Positions 61,231-64,000 of a stretch of DNA of 64,000 bases are shown here, piece after piece. A program made the translations under genes and the position numbers. Within the stretch, counting starts at the first letter, position 1. Every line of letters begins with the position of its first letter. The stretch comes from Malacoraja senta (lineage: Eukaryota): assembly GCA_038087875.1 (NCBI GenBank), contig CM075993.1, positions 1,304,001 to 1,368,000 on the forward strand, written 5' to 3'. The notes under the pieces were generated by a model. The model made no database searches and was not told where the DNA came from. It saw nothing but the letters and a program-made list of their open reading frames with translations.

Positions 61231-63379
61231 GCAGGTGCCTTTGTTCATAAACTCACAGGGACTTTTTCAAACTATACTGTGGCCTCCATCAACAGAACAC
61301 CAAACTTCAACTTCTAACCAATGATATTTAATTTTCCTCTAACACTTACATTAACTATAACCAAGCCACTCTTTCCTCCTCCAAGGTGTTTTGCTGAGAG
61401 TTGCATCTGTAGCTTCTAGTAAAGGATTAATCCCAGCCGGGTCAGTAGACAATAGGTGCAGGAGTAGGTCATTCGGCCCTTCGAGCCAGCCTGTAGTCAC
61501 GGGTTATTGCGTCCTGCATGCGTTTTATCAAACGTTTTCTTACACGATGTTTGTTGGAAAGTTTTCATCCCAAACTACATCGATTGGGGAATTTCTGCCT
61601 GTCCGTCCTCGATCCCTTTGAGGATAGGATTCTGCCGCGGTGTCCTTACCACTAACTCCAGCGACATGGCCAGGCTTATCCTCACCCGGTGTGGCAGGGA
61701 TGTGGGGACCCTGTCCAGTCCCACTCTGCCTTGCTCCTATGGGAAGTCCAAACACACTGCCCCTTCAGTCACCGTCCATGTTACACCTTCATAAGATAGA
61801 CACAAAAAGCCAGAGCGGCTCACGCAGCGGCTCTGGGGAGAAGGAATAGGTGACGTTTAGGGTTGAGACCCTTCTTCAGACTGAGAGTGGTTCATAAGTT
61901 ATAGGAGCAGAATTAGGCCATTCAGCCCATCAAGCCTACTCCGCCATTCAATCATGGCTGATCTATCTCACCCTCCATAAGTTATAGGAGTAGAATTAGG
62001 CCATTCGGTCCATCAAGCCTACGCCATTCAATCATGGCTGATCTATCTCTCCCTCCTAACCCCATTCTCCTGCTTTCTCCCCATAACCCCTGACACCCGT
62101 ACTAATCAAGAATCTGTCAATCTACACCTTAAAAATACCCAATGACTTGGCCTCCACAGCCATCTGTGGCAATGAATTCCACAGATTCGCCACCCTCTGG
62201 CTAAAGAAATTCATTCTCATCTCCTTTCTAAAGATACGCCCTTTTATTCTGACGCTATGGCCTCCAGTCCTAGACTCCCCCAATAGTGGAAACATCCTCC
62301 CCACATTCACTCTATCCAGGCCTTTCACTATTCGGAGTTATCTCAGGACATATTCCATCGGCCAGTCTGCCTGCAAGAGTTAATATTGCCTGGACTCTAC
62401 TAACAACTAGGCCCCTGTTGAGGCCACACCTGGACCATTGTGCACAGGTCAGGTCCTCCTGACAACAAGGAGGTGGAATCTATGAAAGCAGAGAGCAGCC
62501 AAGGTTCACCAATTTAATTCCAGGGATAGAGAGCCATGGGCCAAACGCAGGCAAATGGGACTAGTTCAGATGGGCATCTTGGCCCACTTGGACGAGCGTG
62601 GCCGAAGGGCCTGTTTCCGTGCTGTGTGACCCTATGACCTTTTGACATGTTTTCAAAGGTGGCTAAGTCTTCAGTCTGGAGTTTAGAACAGTCAGAATGA
62701 TCTGGGTATGTAGACAACTAGTGTGGACCATTTGGACAGCCTTGGTCCCATGAGTGAGCCTGGCAGGAGACATGCGTAGGAAGGAACTGCAGATGCTGGT
62801 TTTATCCGAAGATGGACACAAAAAGGCTGGCGTAGAACTCAGCGGGACAGGCAGCATCTCTGGAGAGAAGGAATGGGTGACGTTTCGGGTCGAGACCCTT
62901 CTTCAGACCTGAAACGTCACCCAATCCTTCTCTCCAGAGATGCTGCCTGTCCCGCTGAGTTTTACTCCAGCCTTTTGTGTCGACCTGCTGGCAGGTGGGA
63001 ACGAGTGTGGTGACTGGGGCAGGATGTGCACTTTGCCACCTATATGACCATCGCTTCAGTCATTATTTTCAAGCTGGGTTGTCAAGATCTCTTCAATTGT
63101 ACCCCTCTTATCATTGAATTTTATCAATGTTCGTTTTTTTCAATTCTTTTAATTTATTCTGACCTCTTGAACTATTAAGTCCCAGTTCCCCATTGTGTAT
63201 TACCACCTGATCCATTTGTTTTTTAAAGTACTGCTAATTTTATTAATATTTACGATTAAATATCTGTTCCTGTGCTAACCTTATGAGTTCAGTTATTGTG
63301 GTGTACAGTAATATTTAAATAGGATAAGACTGCGCTGGTGTTATCTTTAGTAAAGTGTCATTTTGCATTCTGTCTTTCA

Positions 63380-63395
63380 AATAAAATATATTAAA
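63380..63395 (+). terminator. Candidate distal poly(A) signal of CRTC3 (AATAAA + ATTAAA)
   Basis: AATAAA 63380-63385 and ATTAAA 63390-63395 end an AT-rich UTR-like tract and are followed by a T/GT-rich stretch. A proximal ATTAAAATAAA lies at 60281-60291. Confidence 0.5.
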
Positions 63396-64000
63396 TCAAA
63401 GAAATTAGTTCATATTTGTTCTCTTTGTGCATTATGTAACGCTACAAATGATTAACAGTTTGGTTTAGTTTGTCACGTGTATCGAGGTACAGTGAAAAGC
63501 TTTTGTTACGTGCTAACCAGTCAGCAGAAAGGCAATACGTGATTACAATCGAGCCTTTCAAATGTATAGACACACATGATAAGGGAATCGCGTTTAGTGC
63601 AGGTTAAAACTAGTAAAGTCCAATCAAATATAGTTTGAGGGTCATCAAAGAGGTAGATAGTAGTTCAGCACTGCTCTCTGGTTGTGGTAGGATGGTTCAG
63701 TTGCCTGATAACAGCTGGGAATAAACTCCCCGAATCTGGAGGTGTGCGTTTTCACACTTCTGTACCTTTTTGCCGCTGGGAGAAGAGAGAGTGGCCAGAG
63801 TATGACTCGTCCTTGATTATGCTGCTGGCCTTGCCATGGGAGTGAGATGAGGCAATGCCGTAAACCCTTCTTATAATGGACCAAACAGGGGGAGGTGATG
63901 TCTGTTATTGCCGGTTGTCCATTATAACCAAGTAGAGGATTATCATTCTATAAGTAGTGGAAACAAGGAACAACAGAAGCTGGTGAATGGACCAATGGAC

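Overview
Eukaryotic, repeat-rich vertebrate genomic DNA, most likely from a cartilaginous fish (skate/ray), judging by the HE1/V-SINE-like, CR1 and Penelope repeat landscape. There is one 200-N assembly gap (5770-5969). Two + strand protein-coding genes are supported. SENP8/NEDP1 has a single coding exon (472-1107). A complete CREB-regulated transcription coactivator gene, best matching CRTC3, was reconstructed by hand as 15 coding exons (14043-59049, 2067 nt, 688 aa) with consistent phases; its intron 3 is a minor-spliceosome AT-AC (U12) intron. The rest is mostly transposon debris: tRNA-derived SINEs, CR1, Rex1/Babar, Tx1, Ingi/Vingi-like LINE ends, Penelope GIY-YIG fragments, Tc1- and Harbinger-like MITEs, and a Gypsy integrase sliver. 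The most notable observation is a ~125-bp TSD-flanked, (GAA)n-tailed short retroelement (2 copies) whose 5' 54 nt fold into a compact HDV/CPEB3-type ribozyme pseudoknot. Also notable are abundant Penelope-terminus units with a hammerhead-like core, often inserted as fold-back hairpins. Family assignments come from recalled motifs, not database searches, and repeat boundaries are approximate.
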